A DNA stretch of 63,737 nucleotides from Schmidtea nova. Taxonomy: Eukaryota. Location of the stretch: NCBI GenBank assembly GCA_044892505.1, contig CM097883.1, positions 257,734,001-257,797,737 of the forward strand, given 5' to 3'. Positions 27,144 to 40,239 of the stretch are shown piece by piece. Numbering within the stretch: position 1 is the stretch's first letter; each line of letters opens with the position of its first letter. The translations under genes and the position numbers were made by a program. Under the pieces are notes generated by a model. That model saw nothing but the letters and a program-made list of their open reading frames with translations. It did not search any database and was not told the DNA's origin.

Positions 27144-28747
27144 TTAAATTTTTATTGATTTTCATTAAAATCTTATTTACTGCAACAACATCTTCTTTAG
27201 ATATATTTGCAGCTAAACTGTCATACAATGAGTTGGTTAATTTGACCGGATACAATAATCTAAAAGGTATTTCTTCTACTAAGAAATAAATTTTATAGTC
27301 ATAATATACTTGGACTGGTTTGATTTCTGTCTTGATTTTTCTTTTAATTTCTTCTTTCTTGTTTTTTCACCATTTTTTGGTTTGTTAAAAATTTTATCGT
27401 AAGTAGGAAAATTTGCTTTGTGTGATTGCATTTTAATATTTATGACATTATCTAAAAATGGCTTTGTATTTATAGTCATGAGTTTATGTCTTTGTCCAAT
27501 GAAAATGACGCATTCACACTGTGTCTGTTATGCATGTGTGTATGTCTTTGTTACATGTCTTTGTTGCATGTGTATCTTTGTCAGATGTTATATATAATTG
27601 ATGCATATGTGCGTATTTTTATGTAGTTAAATGTTTTAGTTAATGTATTTCTTTAAAATGTTTATGTATTTAGTTAATGTTTATATTTCTTTATTTATTT
27701 GTCAAATTATTTGCCCAAATAATTTGATAAAGAAAACCTCTATATTAATAAAAAAACATATTAGTATTTAAAATAAAAAATTAAAAAACTGAACTTTAAT
27801 AAAAACTAAAACAAATTAAAATACGAATGATAATACATTTATTAAATGAAAACTAATAAAGGTAAATACAAATGATAACACATAAAAACATAAATAATAT
27901 CAATGAAAATAACATAAAACATATATACAATATATTCAATTATTGTTACGGTGATGATTGATTGCAATCAGTCATCTCACGATTGCATTGTTCGTAATCT
28001 GGAAGATCATCGGGAATATTGCGATGGCATTCATCGCAATCAGGTGATTCTGGCGATTCGTCGCATTGTGAAGATTTATCACATTGAACTAATTTGTCGC
28101 ATTCTGAAGAAACAGGACAATCAGCGGATTCTTCTCAATCCGGAGTACAATTGGGCCATCTGTTAGGTTCTTCTTCTTCCTCTTTTTCTTCTTTTGCGGA
28201 TTCTAACTCGATTTTTTCAGTTCCATCCTCAAAATTCATATACGGAACCTCTGAATTTGGTCAGTACAATGCCCGCATTAATAGGCACATATGATGTGCT
28301 CGGACATTAAAGGGATCTCAACATCCAGGTTTGCGGGGTGCTCTAGCAATATTTGATTGACGTCTATTCCCGTAATACACTGGATCTTATACAGGAATAG
28401 TTTGGGTGCTGTGTAAGTCAGCTGAGTCATCAAATTGGGGAATATTTCTTCCAGTTTGCTGAATAAGACAGCCATCAGCTTTTCTAAAAAATGTAAATTT
28501 TAAGAAATGATAACTTGTAATTTTTAATTTACAATTTTTTAGATTTTTTGATGTGAGACACATCGTAAATATAAATTATCATAAAATTTTCATGGTAAAA
28601 TTTTCACAGTAACAAACAACATGGAGAAAATAATACACACACATAACTAATCATATTCGAGTACACATAATATGTCTTTATTAAATAAATACATACATAG
28701 CCAATCAGAATCGTACATTACTATTGTAGGTTTATTGCAATCATGAG

Positions 28748-29248
28748 TCACACGATAATAAGAAATCTAAAATGTCTATCCTCAATAATTAATTTTATAT
28801 CGATAATAATATTATCAACTATATTACAATAATCCTTAGTTTTTAACTCTAATATAACTACTTTACCGCTAGTAAATATATTAACACACATAGGATTATA
28901 TTTCATAAATCTCAAAGCTGGAAATATTTCTGGCCCGTAAACACAGTCCAATAATTTAGACAAAGTATTTAAATTACAACAAAATCCCAGGTCTACCGTT
29001 ACAGGAATTGATTTTATTTTTAAATCATAAATCTTTACTTTTTCGTCACTTATAAATTCCTTGCATACCATAATTCTAAATCTACCATTTTTAAAATATA
29101 TTATCAAGTTCTTACCACTTCTATCAATAATTTGCTGTGTTTTCACCTTTTGGAAATTCACGTGAGATACATCAGTTTTACCCTTATAATTTATGTTGCT
29201 ATTCATTACTTTATTACTTATTTTTAAATATGAGAACAACAATGACAA
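28748..29248 (-). CDS. Divergent TATA-binding-protein-fold ORF inside the Polinton remnant
   Basis: VTVDLGFCCNLNTLS...YGPEIFPALRF...P.CVNIFTSGKVVI resembles a TBP repeat (YEPE.FPGL...IF.SGKVV); IIYFKNGRFRI as first-repeat trace; first ATG at 29206. Confidence 0.7.
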   Translation of the reverse strand: MSLLFSYLKISNKVMNSNINYKGKTDVSHVNFQKVKTQQIIDRSGKNLIIYFKNGRFRIMVCKEFISDEKVKIYDLKIKSIPVTVDLGFCCNLNTLSKLLDCVYGPEIFPALRFMKYNPMCVNIFTSGKVVILELKTKDYCNIVDNIIIDIKLIIEDRHFRFLIIV

Positions 29249-29311
29249 CTATTATTTAAAACAAATATAAACAAATATAAACAATAATAATAAAATAATA
29301 AAATTAGAAAT

Positions 29312-29938
29312 ATGGAATTAAGAAATGATGCAGTTTTTCAAATTGTTGGCCCAAGCGGGAGTGGAAAAACTTTGTTTGTTTGTAAATTATTACAATCAAA
29401 ATTATCCAAGTCCAAATTTAATGAAACATATTGGCATATGAGAGCGGATGATGAACATGGAATTACTCAAGATCAATTTTGTAAAATAAAAATGACAATA
29501 ATAAAAGGTTTCGATAAATATTGGTCTACTAAATTACGACAAGGTGATGTGATTATTATTGATAACTTGTATTAAGAAGCAAAAAAGAAAAAAAAGGATT
29601 TTAATAACTAATTTACAAAGTTCGCTATACACAAAGGTGTTACAGTTATTTTTATTACTCAGAATTTATTTCATCAGGGTGGCAGTCATCGACCTCGTAA
29701 TTTGAATGTTCAATATCTAGTTGTTTTTAAAAAACCTAGAGATGCAACAGTCATTGATTTTCTTGCAAGACAATCATACCCTTCTAATCGTAATTTCTTG
29801 ATTGATGCGTTTCAAGATGCTACAAAAGCTCCTTATGGATATCTTTTTCTTGATTTCACTCAACAATGTAGTGATGATTTAAGAGTTAAAACAGATATTT
29901 TCAACAAAGAAGGAGCCATGGTTTATAAACAAAGTTAA
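29312..29938 (+). pseudogene. Polinton packaging ATPase (A32/FtsK-like), with stops
   Basis: Walker A GPSGSGKT, Walker B IIIDN, then FITQNLF and APYGYLFLDF; in-frame stops. Confidence 0.88.
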
Positions 29939-30290
29939 CTAGATGTATATTATCAATCATGTTAATGAAATCTCGAGTAAAGTTTTCGCGTTTGATAAAT
30001 GATAGAAAAGCAGAAACAAGGAAAAACAAAGAAAATAGGAAAACAAAGAAACTTGGAATAACAAAGAAACCAATTTCAAAATCTAGTTATACACAATTGA
30101 AAAAATTTATTATGGATAAAATTCCAAAGAGTAATAGTATTCAAAATACTTTAAAACCACAACCAAAACAAATAGATCATCGTAGTTAATGCATTACTTA
30201 AACCCCCTTATATTAGAAGAATGAGTATTTTACAATCGTTTTCTAATTACGTTATTGACGATTTACTAATGATTTTAATTAAAGTTGTTA

Positions 30291-31584
30291 CGTGGTGCGG
30301 TCAAAAAGTTTCCGGCCTACCCCAGAAAAAGTAAATGCAAGAAAGCACAACTATATTTTTATCAACACCAATACCATTACTTCTCGAACCAATTACCTCC
30401 GGCATCTACACACTTCTGCCAACGACCAGGGAGGGCTTCGAATGCCCCATACTAAAATGAGGGTGGAAGCTGGTCAAAAATCCGATTTACAGCCTACTCT
30501 AAATCGCCTGCATCCATGAAATACTCTCCCCGCAGTTGATTCTTCAATTCCGTAAATAGGCAGTAATCTGAGGGAGCCAAATCAGGGCTGTATGGAGGGT
30601 GGCTAATGATTTCGAAGCCACAGTCATTGAATTTTGTTTGGGCAATGCGGCTGGTGTGAACTGGCGCATTGTCATGTTGAAACCAGTGAGGGAGACCATA
30701 TGGTTTTCGGCACTTTCTACGAGCTTGCTCAACGAGATTACCGTAATATTCTCCGCTGATTGTCCGTCCCTTCTCAAGAAAGTCGGTGAGGATCACTCCC
30801 TTATGACTCCAAAACACAGTCAACATGAGTTCCCGTCTGTGCGACATTCCGGAACGAGACTTCCAAACTTTTCCTTCTTCCGGCTTTCTCCATTCCATAG
30901 ACTCCCGCTTTGATTCAGGCTGATGTAGGGGTAACGGTGTCTCATCACAAGTGAGAATGTTTTGGATAAATCTTTCTCCATACTTGCGGTAAATGGCGAG
31001 GTTCATGAGACACGCATTCTTTCGGTTATTGCACATCTCAGTTGTCAAAAAGCGAGGCACAAACCGAGACACCACCTTGTTGAAGTTAAGGTCTTTCAAT
31101 AATTGCACTACGGTGCCGTGTGATATTTGTAGGGATTCTTCCAGCTGCCTGGTAGTTATACGGCGATCTTCCAGTACCATTTTCTCCAATTTTTCCTTCA
31201 CATCTTCATTTCTCAAAGTCTTTGGTCGACCCTCTCGTTCCTCATCTGACACACTTTGCCGACCCCGTTTGAATTCAGCAATCCAAAACTTGATGGTAGA
31301 CTGAGAGAGACACTTTTTGCCATAGGCTCGATTCAGATTTACCATGATTTCCTGGTTGGTTTAGCCGAGAAGAACACAAAAGCGAATAGCACTGCGATAC
31401 TCAATTTTTTCCAGCGAACGCACTTGCAATGACATTTCCATCTGCAACAGATAAAGTAAATGGATTAGGTCAATAATATTTTCAACATGAAATTGTCAAT
31501 AAATTTCCAATAAAATAAACCTATTTCCATTAAAAAATCAATTTGTTAAGTAGGGTATGTCGGAAACCTTTTGACCGCACCACG
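30291..31584 (-). mobile_element. mariner (DD34D) transposon, 1294 bp
   Basis: TIRs cgtggtgcggtcaaaa / ttttgaccgcaccacg; TA TSD at 30289-30290 and 31585-31586. Confidence 0.95.
30340..31345 (-). pseudogene. mariner transposase with premature stop at 30494
   Basis: FVPRFLT, TCDET, HDNAPVH, YSPDLAPSDY; C-terminal tail disrupted. Confidence 0.9.
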
Positions 31585-32053
31585 TAAAGGTAAAATCAAT
31601 ATAAGTGAATCAAATAGAAGGGTTTTGAATAAACACAAGAAACCACTGCGTAAAATAATATATAAAAAACAAGGAGGATATATTGCAGCATAGCTACCAT
31701 TAGCATTATCACTATTGATTGGTGCTGGTTTATTAGGAAAACGGTCATAAACAATGGGTCAGTCGTTGCCTAATATTAATTTAAACTTTAAATCTTATTG
31801 TTGTAATGGAGAAGATTTGGAAGAACCCAAAACACGAAGCAGGTTTCAGTGGAGTAGAAAAGCTAAGCAAAAATGTATTGAAGTCAAAATAACAGACTCA
31901 AAGTTGATTATCGGGGAAACTTGCATACATTTTAAACAAACCGATGCTGAAACGGTTTCCAACTTGAGCATATAAAAATATAGAATTAATGATTTGTGGC
32001 AAAAGGATTTAATGGAAATGATTCCATATTCAACAATTAACAAGAGATACAAG

Positions 32054-32844
32054 TGTTGGGTATTTGCGATGTTTAGTCGGTGCTGTTAGTCTGACTCCTC
32101 GGTGTTCTTTAAATTTGATTCAATAAAATAACCCAAACACAGAAGAATTTATTTGTAACAATCACACTTTTTGACACACTAAGTCTCTTTAAAATTTCAC
32201 AATAACTTTTATCACTGCTTCTCCGACTTCGCGTAGGGATAAGTCTCCCCAAGGAAGATCTCCCTTTCTGGTACGCTGGAATAATAAATTTGGTTTGGAA
32301 CTTTTCAAATATCGCTCTTAACTCCTCACTTGCTGAATTCACTCACTTTTGCTTCGACCATTCTGGCGAACTTCAGTATTTGTCGTTCCCTTTTATACTG
32401 CTTCTGATGATTGGTTTTCCACTTTGCTGCAGCTGTCAAATGGTAGTACGATTTGACGTTTTAATTTTCCATCTGTCGGTTACTCTCCGGGTCTCCTCCA
32501 AAGTTATTTTTCTCAGGAATTATTACCTGTCATATTGCTTGTCCGGGTTCTCCATAGTCTCGGGTTTCCCATTTGCTCGGGCTTTCCCTTAGCCAATTAA
32601 TTATTAATTAATATTTTAATATTTTAATTATTTCTTTCTGGGGACCCCCCATTGACTTTGTTTTATTATTTTTGGATTCGTTTCAATATTCGGCATCCAC
32701 CCATACCAATTTCCCCCGCTAATTCTCTGTTTCCGAATTTTTCCTAAATTTTAATTAATTTTGAAAATTTTATACGTTATTGATTTTTAATAAGTTTTTA
32801 TGATTTTTATTTTTGTATTTTCCTAATTTTTACTAAACCCCAAC
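32054..32844 (-). mobile_element. Solo LTR, 791 bp
   Basis: TG...CA with 8-bp inverted ends tgttgggt/acccaaca; 4-bp TSD CAAG; excision restores integrase NKRYKYIL; minus strand has TATAAAA then AATAAA. Confidence 0.85.
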
Positions 32845-32988
32845 ACAAGTATATTTTGATATGTGTTGATGTTTACAGTCGTTTTGCTCGGGCTATTCCA
32901 GTAAAATCTAAATCTGCTAATGAAATAGCTATTGCAATCAAAACAATGTTCAAAAGTGGACATCCAACTAATTTACAAACTGATTTGG

Positions 32989-33029
32989 GTAAGATATAAT
33001 TATTTATAAAATGATAATTATGTATCTAG
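32989..33029 (+). other. 41-bp GT-AG intron candidate in Polinton integrase
   Basis: ttg g|gtaagat...atctag|gt aat gaa ttt tac; removal restores QTDLGNEFYN. Confidence 0.72.
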
Positions 33030-33638
33030 GTAATGAATTTTACAATAGCAAAGTCAAAGAAATTATAAAAGGAATCATTACTCAGTATTCTCCCAATTCA
33101 AAGCAGCCCATGTTGAAAGATTTAATCGTACATTGAGAAATCGTCTGAAGAAATTTTTTGTGCATCAAGGGAATAAAACATGGATTAATGTTTGACCACA
33201 AATTATTCATAGTTATAATCATTCTACTCATCGGGGTATACATGGAAGGAAACCTGCTGAAGTAGTTGATACTAAAAATATTTTGAGTGATACGAAAATA
33301 AAGAAACCAAAATAGAAAATAGGTAATTATGTTCGAATTAGTAAAATTAGTGCATCACCTTTCATTAAAAATTTTGATAGTAATTGGAGCGATGAGGTAT
33401 CGAAAATATCGAAAGTCAACATAGTCCAGAATCCTTTCATGTATACTATTTCTGATTCTAATAGCAATATAGTCAGTGGAAAATTCTATAAACAAGAATT
33501 ACAAGTTATTCCCCCTCCAACGATATTTAGAATTCAAAAAATATTGAAAACTAAAATGGTTAGTAAAGAAAGACAATATTATGTCAAGTGGCATGGATAT
33601 AAAGAACCGTCAAGGATATCGTCAAAAAACCTCGTAAA

Positions 33639-34094
33639 ATGAATTTTTATACAATTTTACCAAGCAATAGTTGTCCCGATATACATCCCAATAATACTGC
33701 CAGTAAATTCATAATTAATTTAAAAAAACAGATTTATTTAGAAGGTATTTGGGAAGTCGCTCTCTTGGACTTAACGTTTGCGTATAATCCATTTCCATTT
33801 TATAGTAAAGCTGAAATCCGGTACAAAATTAACATTTTGCACTCAAAATATAAAAATTTGGTAATTGACAATCAACTAGATGAAGTTGATATATCTAATC
33901 CTGCAGATGATTTTGCTCAAAAGTCTAGCAATAATAATTTTATTCATTTCACCTGTGATTATTATCCCTTCACTATAACATTTGATACTTTGGCGATGGC
34001 GAAAAGATTAAGATTACAGAAACAGAGTTATCAAAGTCCTACGGATACATACAAGATGCCGTTACCTAAATATATCAAAGTTGGAGAAAGGTAG
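33639..34094 (+). pseudogene. Polinton minor capsid (penton-like) N-terminal part
   Basis: MNFYTILPSNS...PNNTASKF...L...IYLEGIWEVAL. Confidence 0.8.
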
Positions 34095-34399
34095 GAAAAT
34101 AAAAGAATAAAGATAGAGTACAGGATGATACGGCATTTTCATATAAATTTAAAGATAACTTATCCATATCGAAACTAGATGAAATGCAATCATATTTGAT
34201 ACAAATTTGATTCAAATTCATTTTGAATCCGGATATTAGTGAAATTACTTTTGACAGAAACCTTGTAAAAACATTGGTATAAGGGACAGCAACATATGCT
34301 CAAGATGAATATTTCAATGAATGTAGGAATAAATAAACCGAAAATAATCAGACGTCTACTTTGGGCGGTGAACTTTAGATTGATGTTTACAGTAAACCA

Positions 34400-34600
34400 G
34401 ATCGAATACATGTAATTGATCCCTTTGTATATTATTATCCCAATTTATTAATTCGAAAATTGCAAACTCTAGGTAAACGTATTGTGTATAATAGAATTCG
34501 ATATCAACATCCATTAACAATTACTTGTGGTGAACATTGCCTTGCATGGTTGAAATCTATGTTTAAAAAATTTTATTTTAATAAATTTTTTTTGAAAAAA
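34400..34600 (+). pseudogene. Adenain-type cysteine protease C-terminal fragment
   Basis: IDPF...KRIVYNRIRYQHPLTITCGEHCLAWL (Q...CG..C). Confidence 0.72.
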
Positions 34601-35017
34601 TGTCTTGTTATTTTAATGATATATAAGGATATAATGAAATGGTTTGAACAACTATTAAGAAATTATGCATTATGAATGATAATAGTGTTTTCACACCAGA
34701 GTATTACATATACAGCAATTTATCTTTCTGGCCTGATCATTTAGAATGGTTTGAAGAACAAGATTATTTTTGCCCAAAATGTATTATGAACGATATTAAA
34801 AATAAAGGAGCTATTTTCTATGTTACAGATAATGAAAAATGCAAGTTTTGAAGAAATATTTCCCGAAATTAAGATTAATTAAATATAATTATAAAGAAGT
34901 TGAATTTGTTCCAGATAATATTTCATGTCCCTATAAAGATCATTGCATGTGTACCTATAAATGGCGCTTGTCTGGTGTTATTGATTATTTGAAACAATAA
35001 ATGTATTGTGTTTTTAA

Positions 35018-35018
<1 letters not shown>

Positions 35019-35093
<75 letters not shown>
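35019..35093. repeat. (ATT)n microsatellite, ~25 units
   Basis: Seen directly. Confidence 0.95.
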
Positions 35094-36229
35094 TCAATAA
35101 TTATTCACAACAAAGGCAAATGCATGACAAGTGCTAATAAAAACATGATAAAACATTTGCTGCCATGACGTCATATGTCTTTGTCACGATACAAAGCAAC
35201 TACCGTGACGTCAAATACATAAACAAAGGTACAGTATGTGTGCATGTATATCTCTATCTTATCTCTATCTGATTGGACAGTTAATAAAAATCTACTTTAT
35301 ATAGCATATACTTGCATTATTTCTTCACTTTTTACTCACAATTATTTAAACATTTATATTATCAATTAATCTATTAATTATGCAAAATTTGAATTTTTAT
35401 TTGAAGCGAAGAATCGCTGGAGGACTAAATGCTTTATTTATTATTTATTATTATTATTTATTTTTTCAATTTTTAGAAACTAATATTTCTAATAACATTG
35501 CTGAACCATCGATAGGACTTGGAAATAAAACAACTTTATTGTTAATTAAATTAATAAAATTAATAATATTTTCTTAAGTATTAATTTTTGTAGAAAAACT
35601 ATATGAATCATGTCCCAAAGTTCTAAGATGTTTATATAGATGAACCAAATTATGATGCAAATGTTCCGAATTAGATCCCGAATTTTGATGCCCCGAATGA
35701 TGCCTCGAATAATCTGCAGAGTTTTAATGGAAAAAACTCGAGGAAATGTAAGATTTTTAAATTTTTATTTATTATATTTATTATGACTATTTTAATTAAA
35801 ATTATTATATTTACCTTTAGTATATTAAGTAATTATTTCTAAACAATTACTTAATATACTAAAGGTAAATTTAATATATGTANNNNNNNNNNNNNNNNNN
35901 NNNNNNNNNNNNNNNNNNNNNNNNNNNNNNNNNNNNNNNNNNNNNNNNNNNNNNNNNNNNNNNNNNNNNNNNNNNNNNNNNNNNNNNNNNNNNNNNNNNN
36001 NNNNNNNNNNNNNNNNNNNNNNNNNNNNNNNNNNNNNNNNNNNNNNNNNNNNNNNNNNNNNNNNNNNNNNNNNNNNNNNNNNNNNNNNNNNNNNNNNNNN
36101 NNNNNNNNNNNNNNNNNNNNNNNNNNNNNNNNNNNNNNNNNNNNNNNNNNNNNNNNNNNNNNNNNNNNNNNNNNNNNNNNNNNNNNNNNNNNNNNNNNNN
36201 NNNNNNNNNNNNNNNNNNNNNNNNNNNNN

Positions 36230-36665
36230 GGAAAAAAGAAACACAAACGAACGGCAATTTCTTTGGAAATTAAAATTGCAATCTTAGATCGTTTGGCGAA
36301 AGGAGAGAGATCTACGGATGTTGATAAGCATTTTGGTTTCGGCGAATCTACTATAAGAGCCATTAAAAAGAATGAAGTGTTAATAAGACAGTCTGTTATT
36401 TCGGGTACAAAATTAAGTTCCTAATTGTCATCTTATTCAAGAAATGTTTTAGTAGAAAAAACTGAAAAAGCGTTGATAATTTGTATTGACGATCTAACAA
36501 CAAAATAATTCATTTAGATGGTTTGTTAATTAAAAATAAGGCTCTGCGCTATTTCGAGCAATTGAAGCAAATAGAACCACTTTCTACCGCTCATTCCAGT
36601 AGAAAATTTTCAGCAAGCATAGGATGGCTTACCGGTTTTCTAAAAAGAAATGCTCTTCACAATCA
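36230..36665 (+). pseudogene. pogo/Tigger transposase N-terminal (psq and CENP-B HTH) fragment
   Basis: KRTAISLEIKIAILDRLAKGE...ESTIRAIKKNE...KFSASIGWLTGFLKRN; internal stops. Confidence 0.82.
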
Positions 36666-37626
36666 GCAGACGAGGTGATGGTTTTCGAAAATTATTGAAC
36701 TTATCCCTATTTATTCATTGTAGGTAGTGTCTTTTTATGCTATTTTTTAATGTTTTTTTCTGAGGAACGTATCTATCGCATAAAGACAGAATTGAGTGTA
36801 GTTTATGATTTTTTTAAAAATATATTTAAAACTTAGTTATAATGAATAACAAGAAGAAGAAAGTTATTCTATCAAATAATGAGCTAAATCATTTGAAATA
36901 TTTATGATGTATAAGAAGAAAGTTATGAGATATATTATTTGAAATTTTTATGAGGAATAAGAAGAAGAATCAAAATTAGTCTAAACAATTATAATATTTA
37001 AATATAATAAAAATTTTATTTATGAATTGCATTATTCTAAAAAATCTCTTTTTAATANNNNNNNNNNNNNNNNNNNNNNNNNNNNNNNNNNNNNNNNNNN
37101 NNNNNNNNNNNNNNNNNNNNNNNNNNNNNNNNNNNNNNNNNNNNNNNNNNNNNNNNNNNNNNNNNNNNNNNNNNNNNNNNNNNNNNNNNNNNNNNNNNNN
37201 NNNNNNNNNNNNNNNNNNNNNNNNNNNNNNNNNNNNNNNNNNNNNNNNNNNNNNNNTATTAAAAGTACAAAGAATTACTATTCTTCAATGGGGTATTTCT
37301 TTGTTTTTCAAAAATTACTTTTACAATACTTGTTATTTCTTTAAAAAATGTTGTTTTCTTACTTCGAATTTTTTCTAGTAATGTCACTTTTTCTTTTATT
37401 TGTCTATTTAATAATTTTTTTGGTTACAGATTTACGGTTTAAATATCAAGGCATTATAAATTAATTATGTCTTCTAATTTTTAATAGGCCTTCGAAAAAC
37501 TTTTCTAAATACACATATTTTATAGTTCTGTGTTAAAATTATCAATATAAAGGATCATAATTATCTTTTGGTTTCATCTTTGATTTTCTATTTCAATTCA
37601 ATAATTGTTATTAATTTTTCTATGAT

Positions 37627-37762
37627 TATAGATCAAATTTGTTTTGGTTGTCAGCAACACGATATTTCGGCACAGCGATTTTCAAGCGTGTTTATTTCTA
37701 ATAGATAAAGACTGTGCCGAAATATCGTGCAGCTAACAACAACAAAATATTCTTGATCTAGT
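37627..37762. repeat. Palindromic short element, copy 1
   Basis: tagatcaa...acgatatttcggcacag / ctgtgccgaaatatcgt...ttgatcta. Confidence 0.7.
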
Positions 37763-38420
37763 TTTAGAAAAATTAATGAAAATTATTCAATTAATATAAA
37801 AGATATTTTAATAAATTTATTACATTTATAGTTTAAATTAAGTTATAAATATTAGTACGAATCCNNNNNNNNNNNNNNNNNNNNNNNNNNNNNNNNNNNN
37901 NNNNNNNNNNNNNNNNNNNNNNNNNNNNNNNNNNNNNNNNNNNNNNNNNNNNNNNNNNNNNNNNNNNNNNNNNNNNNNNNNNNNNNNNNNNNNNNNNNNN
38001 NNNNNNNNNCAAATTGAGTAGTTGTTGTTTTAATGTTGACTAAAAAAATGGCAAGCAAACAAATTCAAATGCAAAGATGACAGATTTATTAAATATGAAG
38101 AAGGAAGAAATTCAAAACTCAACGCCCCGACATTTTTATTATAATAAACGTTCATTATTGATAATAATTTATTTCAGAGTTACTAAACTATTATTGCATC
38201 ATTTTTAAAGAAAAATGTATATTGAAAATTTTTAAAAGTAATTCAAAGGAAATTTAATTTTTTTATTTCATTATATTCTTCAATATCACAGTAAACAAAT
38301 TTCACAAAAATTTACTATAACAACTCAAATCAAAACAAAAATGATAGTTTATGAAAAATAGAATTTTTTATATCGTTATTCTCGAAATAAAAAAGAATAT
38401 TTAATTTTCACTGAATTTCT

Positions 38421-38447
38421 TTATGAAACTTCGAAGTACATATAATC
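38421..38447 (-). CDS. Phospholipid scramblase-like, terminal exon (DYMYFEVS*)
   Basis: Acceptor ttaag; resembles PLSCR C-terminal DFMFFE; 46-bp intron upstream. Confidence 0.75.
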   Translation of the reverse strand, partial: DYMYFEVS

Positions 38448-38493
38448 CTTAAATTATTTTAATATTTTTCATAAATTTAATAAGTTTGCTAAC

Positions 38494-38552
38494 CACTAAA
38501 AACATTGCTCCAAACAGAAGAGCTCGTTCAACGGTATCCATGTCATCTGGGA
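38494..38552 (-). CDS. Phospholipid scramblase-like exon (IPDDMDTVERALLFGAMFLV)
   Basis: Resembles PLSCR FP.DLD..KA..GA.FL; donor gttagc; phase consistent. Confidence 0.8.
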
Positions 38553-38598
38553 CTTAATTTAATTATAAAATGATAATGTAAATCGTAAATATGCACAC

Positions 38599-38794
38599 TT
38601 CTCATTAAAATGTTTTCATGATCCATATTTATTCTTGGATATGTTGATTTTGTCCATCTCTTCTCGATTTTCCCCGAATAATAAAAATTTTCCACATAGC
38701 TTTCAGCTGATTTTAATGACGCCATACTACCCGGTTGGTCAGTGATAGCAAAATCTTTAACAACAGATGGACCTTTTCCATCAGGAGTAAACAC
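38599..38794 (-). CDS. Phospholipid scramblase-like exon (VFTPDGKGP...GKIEKRWT...DHENILMR)
   Basis: GKIEKRWT resembles PLSCR GKISKHWT; acceptor attag; 46-bp intron downstream with weak gtgtgc donor. Confidence 0.75.
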
Positions 38795-40239
38795 CTAATT
38801 ATAATAAATCACTAATAATAATAAATCCTAGAAGACTGCTCGAGATTTATCGTACATTAGAGTTTAATAAATTAGGTATTTTCGTATTTTTATTGTGTAA
38901 TAATTAATCAAAATGAAGACATCATTTGTTTTACAAAATAAAAACTTACAATTACAATATATTAAAACATTTAATTTAAAATGTTCAATATAATTTAATA
39001 AGTTAAGTTCGATTATGTACGCTTTCCTAAGTAACTGCATCGTTAAATAAAACGTACTTAAGTAGAGCAACTAAAAACGACCAACGTCTCTGCAACTAAT
39101 ACTGAAATAACACACAATAAAGATTAAACTATTATTTTAGTGATTTTATATCTCTAATACACCGTATAACACAGAATACTTCCTCATATAATACTAGTTG
39201 GTGTGTATGTCAGTGATAAATATTCATTTTATTTGAAATCAAGTAATTTTAATAATAATTATTTGATTTGATTTTTGATTTTTAATATTTTTATTGGATT
39301 TATTTTTACATATAAAATAAGTATTTAATACTGTAAACTAAAATTCATTTTATGTAAATCTATTCTAAAATATTTCAATTTTTTGGTAAACTTTTTAAAT
39401 TAATTATATATTATAAAATTACTTTACTAATAAATAAATTAATAAAATAAATATATTAAAAATAATTTTGAATAAAAAAACCAAACTTTGATGTATGTTT
39501 ATATTTTTTTATTGGTTTTATTCATTGACAGAATTTAATTCATTGATAGTTTGTATGAATTTTCTACTATGTACTTTTTTGGTTCATCATTTTTTTCAAT
39601 CCTTTTTCCTACTATATGATAAATTTTTTATTCATTGTTAGCACTGTTAACATACAGCTTAGTTTGTTTTTGTCTTATATTGTAACTTAATTTTATATTA
39701 TAAGGTTTTTAATGATTTTTATACGGTGTATTACAGCATACATAAATGTGACACTGACTACTATAAAAATATACACTTGAAAAGGTAGTGCTGAAAATTC
39801 GCGTTACAACAGAAAATAAATACTTGATAAAAAAATGAAAGCATCTAAAATTAAATAAAAATAAGTAATATTAAAATTCCTAAGAATAATGACTACTTTA
39901 TGTTTTTTTGATAAATTCTATCAATAGCAAAGTTTTGAAAATTCTAATAAAACTTTAGGTCGCAATACAATTAATATTGACTATACTCAGAGGTACCCAT
40001 AGAGAGGTAAAACAAGTACTTTTTCCTTGGAATAGAGTAGGTAAAAATTTATATGGAATTGAAATTAAAAGATTCACATTAATTTTAAAAATTTTATATC
40101 AATAAATAAAAACTAAAGATCATTATGTAAAATAAAAGTATTATACTTCAAGTTTAGAAAACTGGTGTTGCAGCTCATATAAGAATTGTATGTCTAAAAG
40201 CCAATAATTGGCATTGTGACTTTCATAGATTAAATGTAG

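Larger units (their letters stand above)
30221..31750 (+). pseudogene. Small basic Polinton protein split by mariner insertion
   Basis: Removing the mariner and one TA rejoins MSILQ...IKVVKGKINISESNRRVLNKHKKPLRKII..KQGGYIAA*LPLALSLLIG. Confidence 0.6.
31978..33642 (+). pseudogene. Polinton rve integrase with C-terminal chromodomain, split by a solo LTR and a 41-bp intron-like insert
   Basis: DLWQKDLMEM...YKYILICVDVYSRFA...LQTDLG|NEFYN...HVERFNRTLR...YYVKWHGY. Confidence 0.87.
27200..35000. mobile_element. Decayed Polinton/Maverick (adintovirus-like) remnant
   Basis: Clustered packaging ATPase, small core-type protein, rve integrase with chromodomain, minor capsid N-terminus and cysteine protease C-terminus; no polB, major capsid or TIR seen; bounds approximate. 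Confidence 0.85.

Noticed and set aside
38543-38794. Isocitrate dehydrogenase-like ORF
   Set aside because: Weak match; spliced continuation gives clear scramblase motifs.
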